Positions 42,931 to 54,050 of a DNA stretch of 64,000 bases are shown here, in pieces; the stretch's first letter is position 1, and each line of letters starts with the position of its first letter. The notes below the pieces were generated by a model, which saw only the letters and a program-made list of their open reading frames with translations, was not told the DNA's origin and made no database searches. Source of the DNA: the human T2T-CHM13v2.0 reference genome, Homo sapiens. The stretch is taken from assembly GCF_009914755.1 (NCBI RefSeq), contig NC_060926.1. One strand, given 5' to 3'. Both the position numbers and the translations under genes were made by a program.

Positions 42931-43455
42931 GAGGAGGTTATATTGGGGTGGCCGTGGTGATGGTGATCCCTCCTCCTCATTATGAATCCCCTTTTACACT
43001 CCATGTCACACAGTCACAGAAGGTCAATCTTTGGCAGATGGGGTCAACAAGAGATAGTAGGTCAGTTGTATTTACTGGTCACTGTAATTTGAGAATTGAG
43101 GGAGAATATCTTCTTAATTGTAAGTATGACAACTTCATATCCTACCTAGAGTATACTCCACTAATAACTATCACCAATAACAATGGATTGAGGGACTGTG
43201 TCCAGTAGTCTGATGAGAGCCCATCAGCATTGGCTCATGTTCTGTTAGCTCCCCCATAGGGAGGAAGGCAGACTTCTCTCACTGCAACTTTCTGTTGTAT
43301 TTGTAGCAGTCCCTCCAGTGAATGGAAGTCACACATGATGCAGGTTCATTCAGTAGGCATTTCCTATCCTGTAACCTCTCTATCACAGTTCTCTCTCCAT
43401 GTCTCCACAGAGGGGCAGTGGGGAATACAGAGGGGTTGAGAGAATGCACCTAATT

Positions 43456-43668
43456 CAGCGGTTGTCAAATCAGGGCAGTTTTGTCCCTCCAAAGGATATT
43501 TAGCAGTGTCTGGAGACGTTTTTGATTGCCACACCTGGATAATTGCTGTTGTCATTCAGGGAGTAGAGACCAGGGATGCTGCTAAGCATCTTACAATGCA
43601 AGGACAGTCACCACGACAAAGAATTACCCGGCCCAAAGTGTCAGTAGTGCCGAGGTTGAGAAATCCTG
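43456..43668 (+). mobile_element. MER20, near full length
   Basis: CAGCGGTTGTCAA...GTGTCTGGAGAC...CCAGGGATGCTGCTAA.CATC.TACAATGCA...GCCGAGGTTGAGAAATCCTG. Confidence 0.9.
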
Positions 43669-44579
43669 AGTTAAGTCACACTAGAGGGCCAGGGCTTCTG
43701 TGCTTGGCCAACTACAATTACCGGTGATAGTTAAATGCTATTCTAGATTGTATTCGGATTCTAGCTGGCTGATGACACAGGCTCTAGGCAAAGAGGCTGA
43801 AATGGGGGAGATTGATCTTTTATATCTGAAGAGTATTTCTTTATACTGAACATTGCCACTTCTCACTGGCACGACTGCCCCCTTCTGTGTGACTGGCCTC
43901 TGGCACTCTTCAGAACTCTGGAGAGCCAGTTGATGCATTAGACTTAGTGACAGAACAGGTGACTGACTCCCGCTGTCTGTGCCAACTAATGATGTGCCTG
44001 TGACAAACTGAGTCATGCTGACCGTGGGACTGCAGACCGCAGAGGAGAGTGCTCTCATGACCCCTTGGATAAAGCAGTGAAGCTTTGCATCACCTGAGGA
44101 GAGAGTTCTTTGGGAAGGATGAGAACATTTTCCAGTGAAAGGTTTTATTTTACTTATATATTTAACAGGCAGTTATGCAGTGCTTATTATGTGCCAGCCA
44201 GTATTCAAAACACCTTATAAATATTAACTCTTTAACTCCTCTTGACAACCTCAAAGCTGAAGTGTTGTTCATGTCCCTCTTTTACAGGTAAGGAAACAGG
44301 AATGCCAGAGGTAGGACTCAAACCTAGGAACTCTGGCTCCAAAGTCAGGCCCTTAACCACTGTGTTATGGATGAAAGACTCTGAACTTCACCCTTGGTTT
44401 CTTTTTTCTACCCAGGTTCTTGACTTCTGATTGGTCCCATTGAGATGTCAGGGAATTAAGCAGTCCTGAGGCAAGCCCTCATTTTATCAGCTCATTATTT
44501 AATATCTGTGAACCTCAGTTTTCTTATCTGTAAAACGGAGTCACATCTACCTCATGGGGAGGATGTGAAGATAAAACAG

Positions 44580-44702
44580 TTGTCCATTTTGCATTGCTGT
44601 AAAAAATACCTGAGCCTGGGTAATTTATAAAGAAAAGAGGTTTATTTGGCTCAAGATTCTGCAGCTGTACAAGAAGCACAGCACCAGCATCTGCTTCTGG
44701 TT
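44580..44702 (-). mobile_element. MST-family MaLR LTR fragment
   Basis: AATACCTGAG.CTGGGTAATTTATAAAGAAAAGAGGTTTATTTGGCTCA...CAGCATCTGCTTCTGG. Confidence 0.8.
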
Positions 44703-45869
44703 CATGAGGCATAATGGAACAGGCTGGTGCACCTTTGTTGAGATTCGCTGGCTGTGATCTGTGCTGTTTATGTGAGCATGTGTGTTTATTTCATGGCCAG
44801 ATTACCGCATCTGCTCAGGGACAAGTTTGCTCTGTTTTTAGGAGAATGGAAGATGGCACCTTCCCGTTTGTCTTAACTCAGGGCTTTTCTCAGTCCTGCT
44901 ACCCACACTGTGCACTTTTCCCCTGGCCCACTCCCAATTCAGAAATGGGTCTGGATTCTATTTCTGTGGATGGTTATGCAGTCACCCATCTGCTTTTCTG
45001 ACACATACAAGTCAGTATATCTTTCTGTGATTATGAATTTTTAGAGGAGAGAGTCTAAGCTTATCTTTTCTTTTTTCTTTGAATATCTTGTCTACAAATA
45101 GTAAATGCATCCATAGGGGTGAAGAAGGAGTTCCTGTAATTTTTCCAGAGGGAAGTGCAGTACTCTTTAATGTGTAGTCAGATGTGTGAGAAAGGGAACC
45201 AACTCTTAAATGTAAGAACGATGAGAGTATATCCCCAGCATCTAGAATAATATCTGGCACATAGTAGTAGCTTAATAAATATTTGTGAGCAAATGAATGA
45301 GACTAATCTTTATTTTAAATATTTCCTAAATCTGATTATAGTCAACTCTGGGTTACCTAGCAGACCTGAAAATCTGGAGCTGTAGCTTTTATGAAGTGTT
45401 AGTGTATGTAACTAACAGAATTAAACACTTTTTAAAAAACTGGGACATGCTAGAGTATGCAACACGAAAAATAACAAACTTGATCCAGAGGCTACTTTGG
45501 GATCTTGCTGCACCCTTGGGGTGTCAAGCTTTGTGTGAGAAACTATGGTGCTGTAAGGAGGAGGAATTCAGTGTAGTGCTATAGCAGGATGCTAAATAAC
45601 AAGGAGTTTTCTCTCTTGACCAAGTAGCTGGAAATAGTTATACCATGTTACTTATTGCCAGACTTGCATTCCACGACAGACTGATGTATTTAGTAGGATC
45701 TGGGCCAGTTGAAGACGGCCCTTGTCATCTTTCAGATGTGGTTTGACAGATCTTTTGTATCACTTCAGAAACATTTGAGAAGTTTTGTTCTCCACGATAA
45801 AGAGAGAGCAAGCCAGACAGATATGTAGAGGCCATAGAATTTTAAAATTGTCTGCACTTTCTTTTACAG

Positions 45870-46034
45870 ATCTGAAGAAAACCCTTGCTGTGTTATTAGA
45901 TAACATTTTGCAGCGCATTGGCAAGTTGGAGTCGAAGGTGGACAATCTTGTTGTCAATGGCACCGGAACAAACTCAACCAACTCCACTACAGCTGTTCCC
46001 AGCTTGGTTGCACTTGAGAAAATTAATGTGGCAG
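45870..46034 (+). CDS. MGAT5: MGAT5 (GnT-V) second coding exon, aa 81-135, luminal stem
   Basis: Acceptor CTTTCTTTTACAG|AT, donor CAG|GTAAAA; 165 nt; split codon G|AT gives DLKKTLAVLLDNILQRIGKLESKVDNLVVNGTGTNSTNSTTAVPSLVALEKINVA in frame with the first exon; sequons at N110, N115, N118. Confidence 0.97.
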
Positions 46035-48474
46035 GTAAAAATAGCAATTCTCTGCCCTGATATGGAGTCACACCCTGCTTTGGACCAAGAAGAGAATAAA
46101 GGAGAGCAGTGGTTCTTACTGGAACCTGCATAATATAAATTCTATAAACTTGGCATGGCCATTGTAAAGATAAGTCTAAATTTATTTTTTAATAGCAGAT
46201 GTTAAAATGCTTTTTATAGTTTTATCATGATGCATAATATTTGGTGGTTTGTGTGACACATTTGCTCTTAATGAGCTCCTGGAATTCACTTGTAAAGAGA
46301 AGATTCATGGCATAGATTAAATGAAATACAGAGGTTATTTGAGAAGCTTGTGCCTTTTAGAGTTCTTCCTCCTCCGTACTCCCATCAGACAATTTTGAAA
46401 GTCTGTTACGTATAATAGGTTCTCTCCTCCCTGTTGTTAAAAAAGAGCCACCATTGCCGAAAATGCCTCCTATGTATATATGGAGAAATAGAAATTCTGG
46501 AAATGGCTTTTAGGAGATAACCCCTGCCTAGTCGTAGGCAGATTCTGTAGCCACTCATGTACACCACCATGCGGTTCCCACTGGGAGGCATTTTGTTTGG
46601 CTCCTTCTGGAAACTGGAATATTGGATGAGACAAGGAAAATTGACTAAAAACAACACCCAGATTATACGCTGCATGTTGTTGCCTGCAGCTCACATTAGA
46701 ACCCCCCCATCCCCGCAACTCCCCCACCATCACACTGCTCTGAGGTCAGCCCCTGGGTCTTTGTGCTTGAACCAGGACTGCTCTTGTTAGGGTGACCACG
46801 ATTTTCTGGGGACCCAGGACAAAGTGAAGAGCCTGAGGATTAGGATTCAGTGCTTTGGGTGAATGGTTGTGAACAAGCTGTCTATACTTTTGGTGGGTGG
46901 TAGCCAAACTCTGGTTAATAGATAAAGTAAGTAACTAGGTTACTTTTGACATCAGTTCCTGCTTTAAAAAAAAATCTTGTTTCATATACTTTTAAGCTTA
47001 TTTTCCTTTCCCTTTTGCTTGTAAAAATTCACACACTTAAGTGGGAGAGATTCTTTACCTTTCCCACCTCCCAGCGTCAAAACATTTAATTGTTTTACAT
47101 TATGCAAGGTGGTTGTTATTACCTTTTTTAATGTTCTTTGCCCTTTAGCAAATTTTAAATTGCAAAATATATTTCTAATAATTCAAAGTATTCAACCAAA
47201 CAAAGGTATTAAAAATAACTTTTAATTACAACACAGAGGCAGTGTCATCTAGGCCGTAAATCCTGTCTTCCTTGCAGTTTCCAACAGCTTCTGTAATTAG
47301 ACAAGAGAACCTCCCACTGTGTTTAGCTGCTTTTTAATAACTGGAACCATGCCTCTTCAGTCTCCACTTGCCACCCCTGTACCCTGTAGAAAATGCTACT
47401 GGAAAGGCCCTATGTGGTTTCATCACTGTTCTGTGTCATATTTCTGGAGGTGGGATGGAGTGTTCTGCCTTTAACTTTGCTGTTCTCCACTGCCTCTGAA
47501 GTCCTGTGGCTTGTGAGCCTCTATAAACACATCTGCTGTCATTCTTTCCCCCATCGTGGCATCTTGCTGCCTCTGGCTGTCCTGTTTGTTGCAAGGCTCA
47601 CAAGGACTTTGCTACCTGGGCTTTAAGCCACAGAGCACAGGGTCGTGGGTACACCTCTAAGAAGGAAATGGGAAGGACTTGGTGACTACTTTCAAACGAA
47701 GTCTGGAAATATACCAGCCGTATGTATTGAGCTAGTGTACCGCTTAACAAGCATCATGTTCTCTAAGCCAATGGCTCTGAGCGGGACTCCTTTAAATGTG
47801 CCACTGGTGCTGTGTTTTTAATAATATTTAAAGAACCAGAGTGTTGTGTTTTGTTTTTTTTTTCCTTTTTGGGCAATGGGAGCAAATTTAGAGTTACACA
47901 TTTAATGATTAACCTCATTTGCATGTCTTTGCATCTCTCGGGTATGTGTGGGACACAGTCCATACCATCATAATTTTTACTGGCTAATTAGGAAAAGAAT
48001 ACACATGCATAAAATGACACAAACCATGGTTGCTGTAAAGTGGGGGTGACTCAGAAAAAAATTGGGAGGCAGGGAAGGAGAGGAAACTAACATTTAGTAG
48101 CTGTCCAGTAAATACAAGTTCCTCTGCCTGACCCTCCAATGTACATGATTTTACTTAATCTTCTTAGCATCTCTGAGAAGGGTTTTCACAGGTTTTGTTG
48201 AGTTTAAGTACTTGGGAGTGGGTGACTGTTGGTACTGGAGTCCCCTGAGCTCAGCTTCAGATCTGCTAGTGCTATGTAGAGAAGAGATTCTGAGTGTTAA
48301 CTCCATCTCTCCTTCCATTTGTAAATTATCATAAAGGCATGTGTCTGTAAAAAGATGCTACCATTTTCTTACCTAGAAGAGAGCTGCCAGTTTCCTAGAT
48401 TTAATCATCTGTCTCATTAAGGATTTCTCTGTCTCAGTGTCTGCTCTCAGGCTAATGTTTGTAAAAGCTGGCCC

Positions 48475-48533
48475 GTGTATGTGTGTGTGTGTCTGTGTGT
48501 GTGTGCGCGCGCGCGTGCGCGTGCATGCATGCA
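48475..48533 (+). repeat. (TG)n-(CG)n-(TGCA)n alternating purine-pyrimidine tract
   Basis: GTGTGTGTGTGTCTGTGTGTGTGTGCGCGCGCGCGTGCGCGTGCATGCATGCA. Confidence 0.93.
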
Positions 48534-49105
48534 GAGGCATCCCTTTCATAGACACTGTCTTGGCCAAAGTGGATATAGATATGCTGGACAGCCTTCTTCA
48601 TTTCCCCCAGAAGGTGGGGGGGGGTCCTTTATATCTTGTCAGTCAACTACATATTTTTAAAAAACGATTTGCCATGTCTATAGAGTACCAGAAAGAAGGA
48701 CAAGGACTTAAGTGAACAGTTCTCATTTATGAGCAGCCCTTCCTTGCTTTTCTGCCCTCTCTCTGATCCATAACCATGCTGATGTCTTCAGACCCCTCTG
48801 TCAACCCAAGAATGGCTCCTGAGCTGTGAGAGTTCAGTTTTATGGGGTTCCAATCCTCGCCAAGTAAAGTTTTTCTCTCTCCCTTCCTGAATGGAGACAT
48901 GCGGTAATTGCTCAGAAATGTTCTCCCTGGTGTGTCTTTACAGCTGACTCTGGTGTCTTATTGCTCACTGATGTTTCTGATTGCTTATTGTTGTGTCTTA
49001 TTGCTTGCTAATATATCTTCTGGTTGGCTATAAACTGTCTCTAAATTGGGTACCATAGCAATTGAAGAAGGATTCCCTAAATTTATTTTCTTTAGGGGGA
49101 TAGCT

Positions 49106-49135
49106 CTGTGTGTGTGTGTGTGTGTGTCTGTGTGT
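49106..49135 (+). repeat. (TG)n microsatellite
   Basis: TG run seen directly. Confidence 0.9.
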
Positions 49136-49959
49136 CTCCTTATTTTTTCTCTCTAGCTGTGTTCTGTGTAGCTTTTATCCAGTATGGCTTATCTTCACAA
49201 ATTTATCACCGAGGGTTTTTTAATGTGAAAGTAAATTTGCCCCTAGGGAAATTTAGGTGGAAATGAGCTTTATTAAAATCAAGAAATCAGATTGAACTGG
49301 ATTTTTGAGCTCTGTTTGTCTTGTTGAAGAGAAAGGGGACTCAAAGGAATGAAAAAGCAGATTTTTAAAATCCCCACCCTTCCACCAATCACACAGTAAA
49401 TTAATTTCTCCATATTCACTTTCTGAAAGGGCTTGAAGGGCCTTCGTCAAAATTCTCTCCTTTTAGAATGATGCTTTGAATTTTAGAAAGACCCATTCTG
49501 TCTTTCTCTAGTTTTGTGATCTTAAGTGAGGAAGTGGAGCGAATAGGATTGGATCTGTGGTTCTTTGTCATGTACCTGAAATGGGGAAAAGGTAAAAAGT
49601 ATACATATCTGATCATGAAAATGCTTGCCTTCTAAGGACTGAATGTCTGATATATCTTTGTTCTGCCCATAGTGTCTTGATTGTAGCCTTACCTGTTGAA
49701 GATAATTCAGTAAATATTGCTCACATGGATTGGTTTCTATTGGAGGGAACAGCATTTGGTTTCACCACCTGGAGGAGTTTCTTCTTATAGTTCTTCTTCT
49801 CAATTTACATTTGTGGTGATTTGCCTAGAAGTCGGACTTGGTATTTCGTTTCCCTAGTTCTCAGACCTTAGCAGACACCGCCTAAGAAGTGGGACTGCCT
49901 TTTTTGTTGGTCAGGACTGAACTTCCCATCAATGGTTATGGGATGTGGAGGCTTCATAG

Positions 49960-50011
49960 GATGTGATAGTTACAATCCTAGATGTGATAGTTACAATCCT
50001 AGATTGTGATA
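49960..50011 (+). repeat. 21-bp tandem duplication
   Basis: GATGTGATAGTTACAATCCTA twice exactly, then partial GATTGTGATA. Confidence 0.92.
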
Positions 50012-50812
50012 CTTTAGAGGACAAGAACATTGTGTAGCTCTCTACGGGGTAGTGTATGTATGTGCATGTGTACACATTTATTTATACTCTCAATAAAGAG
50101 TTGTCATTCAAGGTCAGCTGAATAACTGGCCAGTGCTGACTGTTCCTTAAAAGCCAAAACCATAATGATAGCATCCAAGTGGTGTTGTGATGACTTAATA
50201 ATTGCAAGGTCACTTGGGAAGCAGAACCACAAAATCAAAGGTACAGGTATAACTCAAGCGACAGTTTCCTGGTATTTAATCCAAGTTGAACTTACAGCAA
50301 CCCTGCATTTTTTCCAAAGTGGGGAGCGATATGCAACACTTTCTAGTATTTGGGGTTGAAGTGCAATGTATTTGAATTTGGAAGCTGTTCTTAAAAACAG
50401 CAACCATTATTATTATTCTTACCATTTGAAAGTTGAAAATGAAAAATGTCCCTGCTGAGTTCCAGGGCTTGCATTTGGAAGTGCAATTTCCCCCTCTTTG
50501 TGCTGCTAATGGACCTTGAAATTTAGTTGTACCTGTGCTCTTTCCTTGTATGTGTACCCATGTCATCAGTTTGTGTTGAAGTAGCACCTGAAGTGTCCCA
50601 GCTCCACCCCTGGGCAGTGGCTCAGCAGATGACTTTCCCAGGGTCAGATACTGGTATGTCAGTGAGATCCCAGATGCTACTGAGAGACGGGAGAGAGATG
50701 AGATTGCAGGTGGCTTCCTATTAAGTTGAGCAAGAAGCAAATATGTTCTGTCTATCTACCTGTCACTTTCTGTTTTGTTATTTGCAATGGTAACAATAAA
50801 TATGTGGACCCT

Positions 50813-50951
50813 TGTCAGAAGCTATTCTTTTGGTATCTTTACAGAAAAATGCTTGTCTTTGTTGGTATGGTTTTCACTTTGTGTGGTCAAGGATATTTTG
50901 TTTTTATTTAGAAGAAGAAAGACAGTTCAGAAGTGATGGTGATCTTTGAGG
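50813..50951 (+). repeat. Local direct repeat B, copy 1 (about 140 bp)
   Basis: TGTCAGAAGC...TTCTTTTGGTAT...TTGTTGGTAT.GTTTTCACTTTGTGT.GTCAAG...ACAGTTCAGAAGTGATG recurs at 53585. Confidence 0.9.
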
Positions 50952-50964
50952 AAGTGAATTTATA

Positions 50965-51490
50965 GCAGTGATTAACAGCTGTGGGCGATTTTGCCCCCAG
51001 GGGACACATGTCAATGTCAGGACACATTTTGGTTTTCACAAATGAAGAGGTGCTATTTCCTTTTTTTTTTTTTTTTTTTTTTTGAGACAGTCTCGCTCTG
51101 TTGCTCAGGCCAGAATGCAGTGGCACTATCACAGCTCTTTGCAGCCTCGACCTTCCATGTCCCCACCCCCTGCCGCCTCAGCCTTCTGAGTAGCTGGGAC
51201 TACAGGCAATGTGCCATCATGCCCGGCAAATTCTTTTTTCTTATTTTTTGTAGAGAATGGGGTCTTGCTATGTTGCCCAGGCTGGTTGGGCTCCTAGGCT
51301 CAAACGATCCTCCCACCTCAGCCTCCCAAAGTGCTGGGATTACAAGCATGAGCCACTGTGACTGGCCTATTTATTTCTAATAGATGAGGACAAGAGATGC
51401 TGCAAAAAGCATCCTACAATATATAAGACACTGCCCATAATAGAAGTATCCAGCCCCAAATGTCAATTGTGGCAGGTTTGTGAAATTCCG
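50965..51490 (+). mobile_element. MER20 interrupted by an Alu
   Basis: GGGCGATTTTGCCCCCAGGGGACA...GGTGCTA, then Alu, then GATGCTGC..AA.CATCCTACAAT...CCAGCCCCAAATGTCAAT. Confidence 0.85.
51061..51367 (-). mobile_element. AluJ-like element inside MER20
   Basis: T-tract then reverse Alu with GGGTCTTGCTATGTTGCCCAGG and GGCTCAA.CGATCCTCCCACC. Confidence 0.92.
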
Positions 51491-52589
51491 ATCTATGAGA
51501 TACTGTTAGAATCTGGTGCCAGCAGATATTTTCACCTATGGTTAGTGCAGAAAGACGCCTGAGACGCTGAAGTTTCCTGATTGCCAGCTGAGACCTAAAG
51601 TTCCTTTCCCTTTTCCTAGCAAGGCTGTTCACAAGCCCCCCCACCCCCGCCGCCCGCCAATCTCCACCTCATTTAGCTTTGCCACTGGTCTTGGAGGCCT
51701 CCAAGGAAAGAGATTTTAGAAACTCCCAGAAGACTATTTTAGGATCCTGCCCTTAAGGAACTCCTTTCCTGGCCCACAGTGTGCTTTTGGCAATGTACAT
51801 TTTACTTCTGCTTCTATAGAAGGTAATTATTTCTTCTCGTGAAAGGACCACTAATTCCGGATAACAATGGTACAAAGTAGTCTTAGAGAATGGGTTTAAA
51901 TTGCAGAATGTTTTAGAAGAAATTCTTTGTTATTTTAAGCAAAGTATATAATTATCAAGATATGAGAGAGTAAATTAAATAAGTTAAAGAAAACAAGACA
52001 GGTCCCCAAAGATCTACTTTACATCAGAAAATACCCTTCACAGCATACTTGGAGCAATATTGAAGAAAATGAGACTAGAGAGTTAATTGGGATTTGTGAT
52101 GCATTTTCAATGTTAAATGAAGGAGTTTCTATTTTGTTCCCTGGGCCGTGGCAGTTGATGAGAGGTTTAAAGTAGGAGGATGAATAGGTGTGAGGTCTGT
52201 ATTTCCAGAGAATAATTATGGGCCATGTGGAGTGAAATGCATATGAATGGGTGAGAGAGACTGCATTTAATCTTCAGTTAGGAGGAGAATGCCCTGGGTT
52301 AGAGATGTTCCTATGGCCCAGGGAGAAAGAATTTGAGACCCACGTTAGGGTGAAGCTGGTGTTATGGGGACACGGACAGACCGTGGGACAGGGCAAGGGA
52401 GAATTTGTCATAATTATTTCCAAGGGTGTAGCTTGAAGGATAGCTGGGTGACTCATTATTGAGGAAACAACCCAGCAGAGAGACAAGGTTCCATGAGGAC
52501 TGTAGCCACAAGCCATTTGTTTCAGAATATCGGTTTAAAGGCAGTTGAAACTTTGATGCTAGTGTTGAGGGGATGAGGGACAATGAAAG

Positions 52590-53180
52590 GCAGCATCTGT
52601 GGAACCAGACTGGCTCGGTTCAAATACTGGCTCCACCACTTCATAGCAGTGTGACTTTGGGTAAGTTTCTTAGCCTTCCTCTGGCTGAGTTTCCCCATTT
52701 GTAAAATGGGGGAAATAATAGTAGTGTCCATTTCACAGTATTGTTAGGAGGTATATTAGTCCATTTTTACAGTGCTATAAAGATACTACCTGAGACTGGG
52801 TAATTTATAAAGAAAGGAGGTTTAACTGACTCAGAGTTCCACATGGCTGGGGAGGCATCAGGAAACTTGAATCATAGTGGAAGGGGAAGGAAGGCACGTC
52901 TTACATGGCGACAGGAGAGAGCGAGCGAGAGAGCAAGGAAGTGCCACACTTTAAAATCATCTGCTCTCCTGAGAACTCACTACCATGAGAACAGCATGAG
53001 GGAAACTGCCCCCATAATCCATTCACCTCCCACCAGCTCCCTCCCCTGACATGGGATTAAAATTTGAGATGAGATTTGGGTAGGGACACAGAGCCAAACC
53101 ATGTCAGGAGGATTAGGTGAGACCAATAACGTTCTTAGAAACATGCTTGGCATAAAGTCAGTACTGTATGAGCATTTGTT
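52590..53180 (+). mobile_element. MIR SINE split by an LTR
   Basis: GGTTCAAATACTGGCTCCACCACTT...GTGTGACTTTGGGTAAGTT...CATTTGTAAAATGGGG; resumes after 53106 with GGATTA. Confidence 0.75.
52752..53106 (-). mobile_element. THE1D/MSTA-type MaLR solo LTR
   Basis: TATATTAGTCCATTTT...CCTGAGACTGGGTAATTTATAAAG...GAGCCAAACCATGTCA, with 5-bp TSD GGAGG at 52747-52751 and 53107-53111. Confidence 0.92.
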
Positions 53181-53424
53181 AATTACAGTTTAAAAGTTAC
53201 ATATTTGGAATATTGACATAAAAATGGAACACTGTAGTGACTTCTTATTTGGATATCACCACTAATAGTGAAATTAATATGTGTATAGTGCTTTATAGAT
53301 TAGAAAATAATTTTGTATATAGTATTTCACTGGAACACTTTAAATTTGAAGTTCCCAAATTGATCTTTTTGTGCCTCTGTTATCAATATTTAGCTCATCA
53401 CGAAATTCATGTTTTGTCAATAAT

Positions 53425-54050
53425 CTCTTGGTTGCAAGAGGCCAACCACTTAGCTTATATTAACTTAAACTAAAAGGGAACTTGGGGCTCATGTCATTTG
53501 AAAGTTTGTGGGATGCTGTTGAGAGGTTCAGACATGGGAGCCATCTTTAAGAACCTCAGCTGTGTCCTCTCAGGTATTGGATACTGTCAGAAGCCATTTC
53601 TTTTGGTATGTTTACCGAAAATTCTTCTCATTGTTGGTATAGTTTTCACTTTGTGTTGTCAAGAGGGTTTTGCTTTTTATCATTAAGAAGAAAATACAGT
53701 TCAGAAGTGATGCTGTCCTTCAAGGCTATGTTAATATGTTCTGTCTTTTATTTTGCCTTCATTCTTAGGCCATCTTTGCATGGTGAGGGCAGAGATGGAT
53801 GGTCCCAAGGAGGCTCTAGGTTTTAGTTTTCAGTCCCAGACGGCTGTGCTGCTTTCCAGGAAGTTTTGGCAACTCTCTAGAGCAGGGTCATGATTGGCTT
53901 GGCTTGGCCTCTATGCCTATTCATGATCCAGTCAGAGTGACCAGTATCATGTTCCATCCTGATTGGCTAGGCCTGGGTCACATGGGTCACCCCTGGGAAT
54001 TCATGGTATAGGAGAGGGTCCCTGAAGAGATTTCAGATGAGCAGATAAAA
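53425..54050. mobile_element. Old MLT1 (J/K/L-like) LTR, apparently interrupted by repeat B copy 2
   Basis: TTGGTTGCAAG...AAAAGGGAA and TGATTGGC..GGCTTGG...CTGATTGGC.AGGCCTGGGTCACATG..CACCCCTGG are typical of these LTRs; boundaries approximate. Confidence 0.6.
53585..53725 (+). repeat. Local direct repeat B, copy 2
   Basis: Colinear with 50813-50951, roughly 80% identical by eye. Confidence 0.9.

Noticed and set aside
45785-45869. N-terminal part of the 91-aa ORF over the second coding exon, plus overlapping ORFs at 45760 (-) and 45918 (+)
   Set aside because: Intronic sequence upstream of the acceptor or alternative frames of the true exon.
50276-50740. Longest ORF in the track (154 aa, minus), and similarly the 136-aa ORF at 56907
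   Set aside because: No recognisable homology or gene signals; intronic; treated as chance ORFs.
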